Shown in pieces: positions 15,567 to 27,633 of a stretch of DNA of 31,473 nt. The notes beneath the pieces were generated by a model. It was not told the origin of the DNA, ran no database searches, and was given only the letters and a program-made list of their open reading frames with translations. Every line of letters starts with the position of its first letter. Positions within the stretch are counted from its first letter, which is position 1. This DNA comes from Eledone cirrhosa (lineage: Eukaryota), in contig CAXHJY010000882.1 of NCBI GenBank assembly GCA_964016885.1, forward strand, positions 1 through 31,473. Reading direction: 5' to 3'. The position numbers and the translations under genes were made by a program.

Positions 15567-18383
15567 TATTATACATAATATTATTATACACAATATTATA
15601 CATAATACTAGTAACTAGGAAGAAGAAAAAAGCGAAAAGTTACGAACAGCGACCGATTGAAATAAAAATAGGAGATCATATTTCACAGCACCATCTGGGT
15701 TGTGGTTAGTTTTACGACATTTAACCCACTAACAAGAATACCAATGTACAATCAAACACAAATTGGGTGCTTTGTTCCTTTGATTTAAACCACAAAATAT
15801 GGATTTTAGCTTAAGATTACGAATGTTGTCTTTAATAGTATCATTTCAGAATATCATTCAACAAACAATTATTCTAGGGTAACACGACTGTACTCTGAAT
15901 GAAATAAGAACCATCAATGTGGTCGTTCTATCAGCTAGTAATAAAGAGGCAGGGTAATTAGTCTTTGTGATCACACCTGTTACATGTTGACCACTAGTCT
16001 GCTTGAGCGAAGCTGACGTCGTATAAAATGCTACAATCACTCTAGACGTCATGAAGATAATGTTAAGTGATTTGACACAAACCATATGAAAATGTATTTT
16101 ACTGACGAATCTATCACAACTTTAATCATTAATATCGCGTACAATACTAACATGTCATCTCGGAACCTAAAACCATAGGAATAATGAACATTTGACGCAA
16201 TATAAAATGGTCGAACTATAGGTTTATCTATTCAAGTGGTGCTTCCTTTGACTTATATAACTATACACTAATCTTAGGTTAGGTGTTATATGAATAAGAC
16301 GCGTGACACCAAATATTCAAATTAACAGAAACAATAGATAATTAATCCCATTCTGATCATGTTTAGAATTTAAGCTAGTTAAGAGGAGTATTTATATAAT
16401 TGTATTTCGTATATATGTTAAAGCGATGAGTATTGGCAACCAAAGCTCTACATAAACTGTCAATTTATAACAATTATAGAAACTATTTTATTGAATTTTC
16501 AGAACATTATTCAACTTTAAAAACATTTCATATTCTCGCTTTGGTGGGAAATGTAGACTATGTCAACCTACTCTAAGGTTTGCGTATTTTCTATATAATA
16601 ATTCGTTTCATGTAGTAAATACGATGCGCTTAATATCTCCACCTGCGTATCATTCCTACATTTTGTAGTCGTCCGAAGAAGGGATGTATTGCAATCATGA
16701 ATATATGTTTGTACACAATTAAAAGTAAGTAATACATTAGTATAACACTGATCAGATGTTGAATAACATGTAACACATATTTGATTAGACACTAGTCAAA
16801 TATTATAGATGACACTATCGGGAGAATGAGTGAATTCGACATCTAGTCGCTAAACCAAACCATAATATAACTGTTTTATGAGCTGATTCCATTCAACTAT
16901 TCTACTTCACCATCTACAACAGCATAAAATACATAAAAAACTGCAAACGTCACCACCACCACCAATACAAAATAGATAATCCTGGCCAGTATACATGAAT
17001 AGTGTTTAGACATAAAGCACAGTTTTATCTGCTCAAACATTGGTTCTTTAATTTTCTCAATAACCTAATTGCTAAGGAGGTTCTGAGAGAGTTTATACTC
17101 TGAGAGTTCGGAACGTTTCATAAAATAACTAGCGCGTAAATGTCAGCAGCTGTAGATGGATTAAAAGATAGGAGAGGCTTAGTTGAGTTTTCAGGATGCT
17201 GTAAGCCAAGGCAAAGAATATTGAAATTGTAAGACTATGCTAGGCATATCAGAGAAGAAGCAATAATCAAGAAAGATGCGTAAAGTCTATTTAAAGAATT
17301 GAGGGAGAGATTTGTGATAACATATTTGATGTTGACATACAATTGGAATGGTCATTGCAATGAGGTGAGGATAAAGCCAAATGAGATTTTTCGCTGTGGT
17401 GGACGAGCGAAACTATGTGAAAATATTAATAAGATAGATGCCAAAATGATGACGAGTACACTGAATAACGTTTTGATTAAGATACGATCAGCATTAAATT
17501 AACCTTTATTACCTTACCTTGAACTTCGCTTACCAGCTTACAACGAATATTTGAATACATCACGCATGAACCCCTGTAAATTAGTGCAAAATGTCTATAA
17601 GGGGGAGGGAACGAGACAAGACGGTTAAGGAATAATTTGTTTATATTTAAATTCTGTTTATTTTATTTATTGCTTTGTGTGCTGTTATATTCAAATTATT
17701 TTTTCTGTTTGATATCATTCTTCGAACGGTAGTTGTTTTATGATAAATAAAGACACATTATGATAAAATTTATGGCATTCTAAAACATGTAAGTAGAGAT
17801 CTATGTCGGCGGTATTTCAAATAAAATGCTTTTCACATCAGTTGCGATTGTCAAAATAATTACTATTCTATGACGCGATAACCTCACTCGTTTTTACCTT
17901 ACCTAATTTGTCACAAGGGCCGAAACATGTAGGACAATACAAAAGAGAGGGTATTTGAACTTTTCACATAGAATCAAGTAAAAATGATAAAATATATAAT
18001 CAATTTCCCTGGGTCAAACATCTGCAAGATGCCGCGCTGCATACTCAGCTGATCTTTGATGCCCCCAACGTTACACACACACAAACACACACGTTTGTGT
18101 TCATATGTGTATATACGAGCACCCATCATTTCTAACTATCTTACCGTCCTCCTCTGCTATTTGCTGCCAACTTCTACTCATGCCGAAAACAGCCCTGTGA
18201 TTTGCCAACACACCCACTCGACTCGGCCTTTTGTCATTTCATCCGTGTACTTAGTCATTTCTTTACGTTTCTTCTCTTTCTTCGTCTCCACTAACTCCCC
18301 CTCCATTTGCTTTCCATCCTTTATTCCTCTCCCACTCTGCCTCATTTCCCTTCTCTGAGCTCCCTTTCTTTTGACATTTTTAC

Positions 18384-18433
18384 CTGATGAAAGCTAGAAG
18401 ATATAAGAAGCCGAAACCACCGAGCTCGCGGTC
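18384..18433 (+). ncRNA. Type-I hammerhead ribozyme-like motif with palindromic stem III
   Basis: CTGATGA-aagct..agcc-GAAA-ccacCGAGCTCGcg-GTC. Stem II gct/agc, stem III acc/ggt around a palindrome; stem I is decayed. Confidence 0.65.
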
Positions 18434-18487
18434 GATCCTTTAGTTTTAATGATAATTGTTTCTACTCTATATATATATAGAGAGAGA

Positions 18488-18586
18488 GAGGGTGTCCCAA
18501 AAATGTATACACACTTTGATTACCTGTACAAACAATACTTATTAGAATGCTGTTGTAGTGTTTATACAATTTTGGAGGACACCCTG
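18488..18586. mobile_element. ~100-bp Tc1/mariner-like MITE
   Basis: TIRs gagggtgtcccaaaaatgtatacacact and the reverse complement of the right end, cagggtgtcctccaaaattgtataaacact. TA follows the right end; embedded in microsatellites. Confidence 0.85.
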
Positions 18587-18639
<53 letters not shown>

Positions 18640-20770
18640 TTTAACACAAAAAGACAACATAGAAGATAAAAAGCAGATGATGAATATATTAAGTATAGTT
18701 ACTAACAACTGGAATAAAAACAACTGCAACAACTACAACAGTAATACAATAGTTAGGACACTGAATCGATAGCAAGCGGTATGATTGTCAAGACAAATTA
18801 CATATGAGATTCAACATATTTATAATGTTCTGTAGACTTCGGGTAACATTAAATTAGATTGAAGCTGTCACAACTCAACCTAAATTGATAACTTTAGGTT
18901 TGAAAATTGTCGGTTCTGACTGTCTTCTAGAAGCTGACCTGATCTCAGATAGACATAACCCCTAGCAAATCGACAGAGAGAAGCTTTGATATAATGTCAA
19001 TTGCTTTCTCATTTGCATTGGAACTGAATCTATGTTTATAGTAACCAGATTTCTTCTAAAATCGTATTGTTTTACAATATATTTTTGTAAGTTTGTCATC
19101 GTTTATTGTAGTTAATAGTTTACATTTAGTTCTTGTTTATTTTTGTCATGTTTTTTTTTATGTTGATTTGGTTTTATCGAAACTATTTTGTTTGGGTAAT
19201 AAGAAAATATTCATTTCTAGCTGTCGAAACGCCCGGACCTCAGCCGTCGGGGTACTGAATCTTTTCATACATATTTATACATATATAAATGTTTGTGTGT
19301 GTGGGGTGTGTGTGTGTGTGGGGGGGGGGGGGGGTTTCTGTGAATATACATACATGAATATTCAGGCATATACCCATTGTGTATATTGATATGTAAACAT
19401 GCTAGATACAGGCATTTCCCTGTAAATGAAAAGATAACTCATCAATTTTCGAAATTGATTCGTTTTTCATCAGAATATATTTATATTGTATAAACAAACA
19501 TGAGTTCATCCATAACCATAGTGTCTACATAAGTTATTTATAGTACTATACTGAATTCAACTTACGGATTATTGTTAGCACTTATGTTGGCAGTTAAATT
19601 AGTATCTTCATTTCAGGATACTACGAGAAATGATAGTTACATATTTTCTTCTGCTTATTTCGATAATATATATTTGTTCACATGATAACAAGACGTTCGT
19701 AAATGGGATAACGTTGTTTATAATTGCTCGCTCCTCCTATTCTTTAGATACAAAAAGCAACGTACCCCTTTAATATGGCAAGAAGCCTTTGTATCAATGC
19801 GAAAAGAAATGGAACTAATTTAAATTGTTTCATGAAAGACAATACTCTATAAAACATAACACGTCTATTTTCAATTACAGAACTAACTGAAACAGGAAAA
19901 TAAAAATGTAAATACAAATATTCCTTTTATTATCAGTCACAATCCGAGGAACGACAATATTTTGAATGCTGCCAAAATATATTCCATGATTCTTGGACTA
20001 TCCTTAAATTTAAATGAAATCGAGACAGCGTCTACTGTAAATTGTATGTGGGTCTAAGTATCCAATCGAAAGGAGTTAATGGCTAAAGCAAAATTCACAG
20101 AAGGGATAATAATGATTTGTTTATTTCTTATGATAATGTTTTCTTTATTCAACAGACAAATAAGGCGAGTTCAAAACTTTGGTGACCTCGAGTGCTTGAC
20201 ATGCAAATATATTAAAAACGGTGAACAAACTATTCTTCGAAAAACAACATATTGATAACGTAACTAAAATATGAATTTCGAATCAAGAAACGTGATATAA
20301 TTTATTACGTGAACACATTGTAATAAACCGTATAATGATGAAACTGAAAGAGGATTTTCTGTGAGAATAGAGGTGCATAAACAATAAATTAGGGAATTCT
20401 GTTTCAGAAAGACATCATGAAGTGAAGGCTTTGAAACCAGTGAAAAAGGAAGATTTACAATATTTCCGTAATTAAAATTATCAATGTAAATGAACATTTG
20501 GGGAAATGCAAAGACAACTTTTAAAAGTGACAAGTCGATCCTGAACGGAAATTATCATTTTATCTAACGGAAATACAGTTGCACCGAATTAATACTGTCG
20601 TGACGTTGTTCACAATATACGGTCTAGGGAAGCACAAGCATGTTAAATCAGATTTCAGTTTTTATATAATATATCGTTGGGGAGAGGAATGAATTTCAGT
20701 TAAGTCTTGCTAATTAATCAAATAATTCCAAATGTGTGTGTGCATGTATGCAAGTGTGTATATGTATGCA

Positions 20771-20775
<5 letters not shown>

Positions 20776-20869
<94 letters not shown>
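20776..20869. repeat. (CA)n(TA)n microsatellite
   Basis: Directly visible. Confidence 0.97.
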
Positions 20870-21077
20870 CGTTTCTGAATTTGTTTAGCAAGATTCTTTA
20901 TCTGAAAACGTGTGTTGAAACCGATATTGTTATACTTTGGGAGGGTCATGTTGCCAATAAGAAATATACGCACCATCGCTTTCACTCCAATTTATTATAA
21001 ATTAAATTATAATTTAAAAAATTTATAAATATCCAGTTGGTTGGTTGGTTCCACAACTGCACGGTTGTTCATATATT

Positions 21078-21120
21078 GTCAAAGTTCTTTCGTCATACAT
21101 TCTGTGGCCTCTTCAGTGAC
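21078..21120 (-). ncRNA. Minimal type-I hammerhead-like motif in PLE left arm
   Basis: Minus strand GTCA-CTGAAGA-ggccacagaatgtatgac-GAAA-g-aa-c-TT-TGAC: stem I GTCA/TGAC, partial stem II, minimal stem III. Confidence 0.65.
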
Positions 21121-21320
21121 TGGGGATTCTTTTCTTTGTTCTGTGTCTCTCCTTTGTTCTGTCCTACGCCATCTTGTTTTTGTGTGTGTTGTGCGTATAG
21201 TTTGCGCATGTGTTACATTCGGGTGTCTGTGTGTGTTTTTATTTGTTTATTTATTCGTTTATTTACATGTTACTGGTTGGTTGTTCGTTCAACGTGTGTG
21301 TGTGTTTTTTCATGTTGTCC

Positions 21321-21964
21321 TTAATTGTAATTTGTGATGTTGCTATTCCATTCATGTTTTCTATTTAATTTTGGTTGGAGTTCATTTATGTTTATTGCCT
21401 CTGTGATTTGTCTAAACATTGCTTCTTTTCTGTGTAGATTTTATTTTTATTTTCTCTAATTTGCCCTTACGTTTTATTTTAGCATGTTGGCGGAGTACTG
21501 ATGATTCTTTTCTATCTTGAATCTGTCGCCAGTGTTCATTTAATCGTTCCTCTATACTACGAGCTGTCTCACCTATGTACACTATATTCTTATCTTTACT
21601 TTGTCTTTCAGTACATCTTATGCTATATACTATGTTTCTAGTTGTACAGTTAATATGGGGGCTTAGTTTACAGATTATGCATTTCTCATCTATACAGGGA
21701 GGTCTTTGAAAAGGGTATGTATTACTAATAAGTGTTTTTATGGTGGTAACTGGTCTTTCTACAATCTTAATATTTAGTATCAGTTTATCTAGGGCTCTTC
21801 TAAATTTGTAAGCTAGTTCACCTCGAGAGGCTGTATTGGTGAACATTACACTGTGGTATTTATTGCTATCATACCATGAATTTATTCTATTAACCTTATT
21901 CCTAGTTCTTTCTATTTTATTACCAAATGTGCTCCTATATAAGTAGCAGGTCTCATTTGTATCA
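21321..21964 (-). pseudogene. PLE Cys-linker plus GIY-YIG endonuclease (frameshifted)
   Basis: PCIDEKCIICK...C linker, NIVYSIRC, YIGETARSIEERLNEH and LRQH. After a frameshift AMFRQITEAININELQPKLNRKHEW supplies the conserved E and N; stop at 21321. Confidence 0.92.
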
Positions 21965-24110
21965 AAGATATAGCAAGAAGCAAAATAGAATGGAGGCCCA
22001 GCAACTGGGAGGAAAAATCTGCAAATGGCTTGCCTAAGCGGATGCAGCGCTCACGTAATGGAGAGATTGCAAGCTTTTCAACAGACAAGTCTTGCAGAAT
22101 GTCGGATGGCGGTCTGTCAAACTACATCCAGGCAATGCAACCCCACATCACTAACACAAGAGCATGGGGATAGGGAGTAAACCCTCAACGCGCATATGAT
22201 GATGCGGACAAACATAATGGAACGATCGACTTTCGTCAAATCGGACCAAGGGAACAATGTTTCCGTTGGTCTTTCCAATTGCTAATACTATCTATCGGTC
22301 GCAACTCCAGGTAGAAGGAGCAACGTGAAATAAAGTGTCTTGCCCAAGGACATAACGCATCGCCTGGTCCAGGAATCGAACTCACAACCTTACGATTGTG
22401 AATCCAATTCTCTAACCATTCAGCCAAACGCCTTCACTGGACAAACATAATGCAGCCCAATAAACGGACTGTCAACAATTTTCAGGCCTGGAACAATGAC
22501 GTGACAGCGTTGTATGGGCTTCGAAAAGACCATAAGACGAACAGTGACCCACTCACAGGTTCACCAACACGGCCAGTCTGTGGAGCTAACATTGCTAGTA
22601 ATTACAGACCTTCCTACTTCCTCTCCCTGATCGTACGCCCCATCATTGAAATGACCCGGATATATGTGACAGCACGTAGGACCTCCTCAGCTGAATCAGC
22701 GAAAATAACCGATCTAGGGACCTAACAGACTGTATAATATGTAGTATGAATGTAGTGTCCCTATATCCATCCATTGACGTGGATTTCTGCTGTGGAGAAA
22801 TGCTTAGAAATGATCAGTGAGAGCAACGTTGAAATCTGTGGGATTGATATCAGTGAGCTGGGACTCCTACTTAAACAAACTTACTTATAGTAATGATTAT
22901 CTAGATACGTATGACCTTAGCAACCTCTGCCCCACAAGGCCAGCAAGAGGCAGACCACCTACCATTACCTCAATGGCCAAGAAAATTCACAGAAAAGTGG
23001 AACGGGTAGAATAAAGCCATACGGACCCCCGAAAACCATGATGAACTAAGGAAAGTGATTGCACATGCGGTGGGGGCCAGTATAAAACTAACCCTTAAGG
23101 AACATATGTTCAAATTCAATGGAAAAAACATATGCCCAAGAGGAGGGAGCAGCCATTGGTGTTAGCATTGTAGGTGACATACCTAACCTATTCATGGTAT
23201 GGTGGGACAATACACTTAAAGAACAATTAGAAGACAGCAACCTCTTAACACTGATAATGTACTCTCGCTACGTTGATTATATAAATATCGTAGTAAGAAC
23301 ACCTCCACTAGAGAACAGTCAGGAATTAGAGAAAAACTCCATGGAAAGCATCCAGCAAATAGCTAACTCCATACACCAGAGTATTAGAGTTACTATAGAC
23401 TACCCAAACAAACACCCCAACCATCTATTACCTGTACTAGACACATAGCTCTGGTTAGATACCAGTAATAACAAAAAACAAATCCTCCATTCCCATTATA
23501 CCAAACCCATGACTTCCAAATATCTGATCCACCGAAACTTAGCTGTTTCGGATCACGCCAAGACCAACATACTGATTGCGGATTTAGTACGGGTGATAGG
23601 GAAACGTGTCCCGCATGTGCAACCCCAAAGAACTAGAGAGACACATACAACACTTCATCCACCGTATGCAGTTCTCTGGTTACAATCAGAGAGATACAAT
23701 CAGAGTATATAGAGGAACCAGAACCAAATGGGAAAAAATGGTAAATAATGATACAAATTGGACCTGTCCCTTGTATAGGAGCAAAGTTTGGAATATAATA
23801 AAAAGAACTAGGAATAAGGTTAATAGAATAAACTCATCGGATGATAGCAATAAATAACAGAGTGTAATGTTGATCAATACAACCCCTAGAGGTGAACTAG
23901 CTTACACATTTAGAAGGGCCCTAGATAAACTTAAACTAAATATTAAGATAGTCAAAAGTCCAAGCAGAGAAAATAAAAATAAAAATAAAATCTACACACA
24001 GAAAAGACGCAATGTTTAGATAAATCACAGAGGCAATAAACATAAATGAACTCCAACCAAAATTAAATAGAAAACATGAATGGAATAGCAACATCACAAC
24101 TTACAATTAA
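21961..24110 (+). pseudogene. PLE reverse transcriptase ORF, 5'-truncated, with frameshifts/stops and endonuclease core deleted
   Basis: TDKS motif (~22081), LYGLRKDHK, RPVCGA, SMNVVSLYPSI (motif A), QEEGAAIG (B'), RYVDY (C), LPVLD, YTKPMTS, FSGY, PLYRS. Expected catalytic Asp residues read N and Y. Confidence 0.92.
22220..22438 (-). mobile_element. tRNA-derived SINE inserted in PLE RT, 14-bp TSD
   Basis: Near-identical to 8688-8906. TSD ggacaaacataatg at 22206-22219 and 22439-22452. Confidence 0.95.
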
Positions 24111-24317
24111 GGACAAAATGAAAAGACACACACATAGAACAAACAACCAACCGGTAACATGTAAATAAACAAATAAATAAACAAATAAATAAACAAATAA
24201 TAACACACACAGACACCCGGATGTAACTCATGCGCAAACTAAGAACACAACACACACAAAAACAAGATGGTGTAGGACAGAACAAAGGAGAGGCACAAAA
24301 CAAAGAAAATAATCCCA

Positions 24318-24354
24318 ATCACTGAAGAGGTCACAGAGACGAAAGAAATTTGAC
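24318..24354 (+). ncRNA. Minimal type-I hammerhead-like motif in PLE right arm
   Basis: atca-CTGAAGA-g-GTC-acaga-GAC-GAAA-gaaatt-tgac; homologous to 21078-21120. Confidence 0.6.
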
Positions 24355-24489
24355 AATATATGATCAACCGTGCGGTTATGGAACCAACCAACCAACCGGA
24401 AATTTATAAATTTTTAAATTTATAATAAATTGGAGTGAAAGCAACTAGTGCGTGTGTTTCTTATTGGCAATATGACTCTCCCAAAGTAT

Positions 24490-24493
<4 letters not shown>

Positions 24494-24532
<39 letters not shown>
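24494..24532. repeat. (TA)n abutting the PLE 3' end
   Basis: ccaaagtataacaa runs directly into (TA)n. Confidence 0.95.
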
Positions 24533-24533
<1 letters not shown>

Positions 24534-25310
24534 GTGTGGTTTGTACGGACGTGGGAGTGATTACCCTATACCAAAGATCCTCTGTATTTTCACATCTTAC
24601 CCGTAGTAAATAAATATATACACATTTCCGAATTTTCCTGTATGTATGTGTGCATATATAGGTGTGTGTGTGTGTGTGTGTATGTATATGTATGTGTGTT
24701 TACATGAAAATATACGAATATGCGTGTATGTCCTTTATTTTTACCTTTCTCTTTCTACGCTTCCCCGAAATGACCACTCCTTTGAATTACATCGTTTTAT
24801 ATTTATTTTGTTTACACATATTTCTCAATTGATTTCATTTGATTTGTATGATAGATTGTATAATCCCTTCCTCACCCCGACATATGTCTAAAATATGCTA
24901 AAATGAAAACAGTGGTTCAAGCAAAATATTTTACTCTCGTGATCATACGCTTGGATTGTAAGAGAACCACAACTACATCTTGCAAAACATGTGATAACCA
25001 ATATAAAAGAAACATCAGAATAGACATTTTCATATTTTTAGGATATAGGTTTCTCTGAAAGGAGTGGTGATACGAAGTGAGATGTTTCATATTTTAGATG
25101 TTTGATTTTAAAACCCAGACTCTTCATAATTGAAACTTTCACTACTAGAGAATAACATTCAACTCTTGATAATGTTACTTTAGTAGTATGGGTCTTTTGA
25201 ACAAGCTTAATATTCTGGGAATTTCTATGGTATATAGAATATTTTTGTAGGATATTTGGACGTAAATGAGGCAATTTTAAATGAGGAATTCGAACAATCT
25301 GCCTCTTTGT

Positions 25311-25545
25311 GGTGGTGCGTGGATTTGTGGTTAGCATGTTGGACACACAATCATAACGTCATGGATTCGATTCTTGGGCTAGGTTGAGTGTTGTTTTATT
25401 GAGTAGAACACTTCTTTTCAAGTTTAATCCAGTACACTCAGCTGGGGATTTCACCCTGAGATGTACTAGCGTCCTGTCCAGGGGGAGTAACGCCACGAAA
25501 GCGGGATAAGCACTCGCCTACGGAGTCACCTGGCGTGAGACTGTT
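25311..25545 (+). mobile_element. Old tRNA-derived SINE (CORE/Deu-like segments)
   Basis: tggatttgtggttag A box and ggattcgattct B box, then ttgagtagaacactt and ccctgagatgtactagcgtcctgtccagggg. Confidence 0.7.
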
Positions 25546-26937
25546 TTTTTGTAAATTGTTTTTCATGTGAGAATAAAATCCCCATATTCATGCCTGATGT
25601 CCAGGTAAAAGTTTGCTATTTTTGTAGGTGAAAAACCGTAGATGTCTCTGCTCTTACCTGACTGACTACTAATCATAAATCACGATAATGAAAACAATCA
25701 TATTCAGTTTCCCAACATAATTATATTTTTAGTATCATGTTCTACCACTGGGTTCATACACCTTTTATTATAAAAGCAAATATTGATATTATAACATATC
25801 TCAGATACAGATTCATTTAAAATTTTAAATCTCAAATATAAACCAGACAAATAAACTTGGTCATTTAATCAACAGAATATATCATTTCTAAGATTAAATT
25901 ATAATATCAAGATGTTGTACATTTATCATTATCGGAAAACTCTCAAACGAGCATCAACACATTTTGCTGATGTCATTCCTGGAAAAATACTTTATTTCAA
26001 TGTAGCTAAAACAGTAAAAATTATTTTATATTGCTTAGAGTATTTTCTGAATATGTTCACAAGTTAACATGCTATATTCTGAACAACAATACACAGGTTT
26101 GTACGCAGTCAGGTTTCTATATTACTCTCATATGCTTTAGAAATTATATATCAAAATTTCATCGATTGGTCAACAAATTCATCATTTAAAGTTTTGTTAA
26201 AATTATTTATTTTCACTAATATATTTAGAGACGATTTTAGTGCAAGTAACTCAGTTTAATACCAGCGTTTCTACTAAAAAAAAGTAATTTGGAAGAATAT
26301 TAACTGCAAATATAAATGTATTGCAAGTGCTACCGTTATCTAATTTCATATTAAGAACTACATCCATTTCCAGTTTCCTTCGACCATTCGTAAACTGTTA
26401 AATACAAAACAAATATTCACTTGGCTCTTCGTTTCTTCGAAATCTAAACTGTTAGTCTGTAGAAGTCTCTTTCTATCTATGGATGCTATAAAATCTAACA
26501 ATTCTATTAAAATGATATTCAACGGACAGATCTGGCCACAGTAAATAATGGATTTCCTTTTACTATATAAAGAGGCGTTCTAATAAAACCATTACTGCAA
26601 CGTTATCACGCAGAAGTAGGCTTGTGGCATTTTTCTGAAAGTTCATAAATAATTCTAAAAGCCACTGTTACCTCCTACACGAAAACTTGAAGATTATGCA
26701 ATCAGAGAAGCTGTGAGAAAATGGATACATTTCCTCACGAAATATTGAGGTTTGTTAACAGATTAAACGCTTCGATTTATTCATATTTGACAAATAAAGA
26801 CTGGTGGAAGAAATATTTCGTGCAATAAATCTAACAAGTATCATCGCGGAAAAATAGCTGTCTCAAAAGAAAATTCATTCTCTAATTGAACGCTTTCCAA
26901 GAGTTATTAAGTCGCTTCCTCTTGACCTAATCAGTGT

Positions 26938-27140
26938 GTTTGAGATTGGCACCAGAACTTATTTCTAGGAAGGAGGAACCTCAATTATATAGACGTAAGT
27001 ATATATATGGTGCGTTAGTCTGTAGAATGGAGGAAAGGCAAATTTGAGCCCGGCCAGAACTTGAACTCAGCATGTAAGGGGCAGTAAATAAATTATACGA
27101 AGCATTTCGTCGACACTTTTACGATTCTGCCCATAAACCA
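26938..27140 (-). mobile_element. Degenerate SINE of the 13198 family
   Basis: Reverse complement has ggcagaatcgtaa, ctgagttcaagttct and tttgcctttcctcc. Confidence 0.65.
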
Positions 27141-27633
27141 TCATAGGTTGCTCAAATAATTCAAATGTTTTTTTATTAAAATTGACAAACGTTTATCGGT
27201 TTTCATTCGTCACGCTTTGTCGTGATATAAGAATAGAAATCTCTTTAAAAGCATCTAACACAGCATTCTGTATTATGGAATATCAAGGTTTAATCATTCA
27301 GAAATAAAAGACCCATCTTTACTATCCAATGAAATAAAAAAAATTTATAAATATCTTTGGGATTTGTAAAAGGAGTATAGCTCCATATAAAACGTCAGGG
27401 AACAGAATGTACTAAATGTATAATTGGATCATCCGGAACCGTGGAATTGTTTGTCATTAGCATTAATGATTGTCCTTAGATTAATATTTAACAACGCTGG
27501 CTACCTTATAATATCATTGTTATATGCAACTACCAAGCAAATATATCACCAAACGCATATCGTTTCTAGAATGCCTTCATTTAGATCAAGATTCACTCTT
27601 GGCATTCGAAAACTGTTACTGTTTAATTGCATC

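Larger units (their letters stand above)
20924..24497. mobile_element. Penelope-like retroelement (C-terminal GIY-YIG type), decayed, with inverted 3'-end duplication
   Basis: 20924-21964 is the reverse-complement homolog of ~23749-24497 (the latter has a ~300-bp deletion). PLE RT motifs on +, GIY-YIG on -, hammerhead-like motif in both arms. Confidence 0.93.

Noticed and set aside
17050-17505. Possible ancient LINE RT remnant on the minus strand
   Set aside because: Only compositional hints; no convincing motif.
17514-17600. Possible minus-strand micro-exon (cactaatttacag acceptor, gtaag donors)
   Set aside because: No recognisable peptide or partner exons; needs RNA-seq.
17905-18040. Possible very degenerate SINE (tttgtcacaaggg, atttgaact)
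   Set aside because: Too diverged to delimit.
19216-19255. Helentron/HINE-like start (ctagctg...cccgg...cgggg)
   Set aside because: The hairpin is imperfect and no matching other end was found.
19436-19473. Minus-strand CTGATGA...GAAA spacing
   Set aside because: A/T-rich with no valid stem III or cleavage triplet; likely chance.
20156-20254. Possible + strand exon after ttcaacag (QIRRVQNFGDLECLTCK...)
   Set aside because: Short, with no recognisable homology.
21037-21337. Cys/Val/Phe-rich ORFs (also 24094-24318)
   Set aside because: Antisense readings of the A/C-rich PLE 3' UTR.
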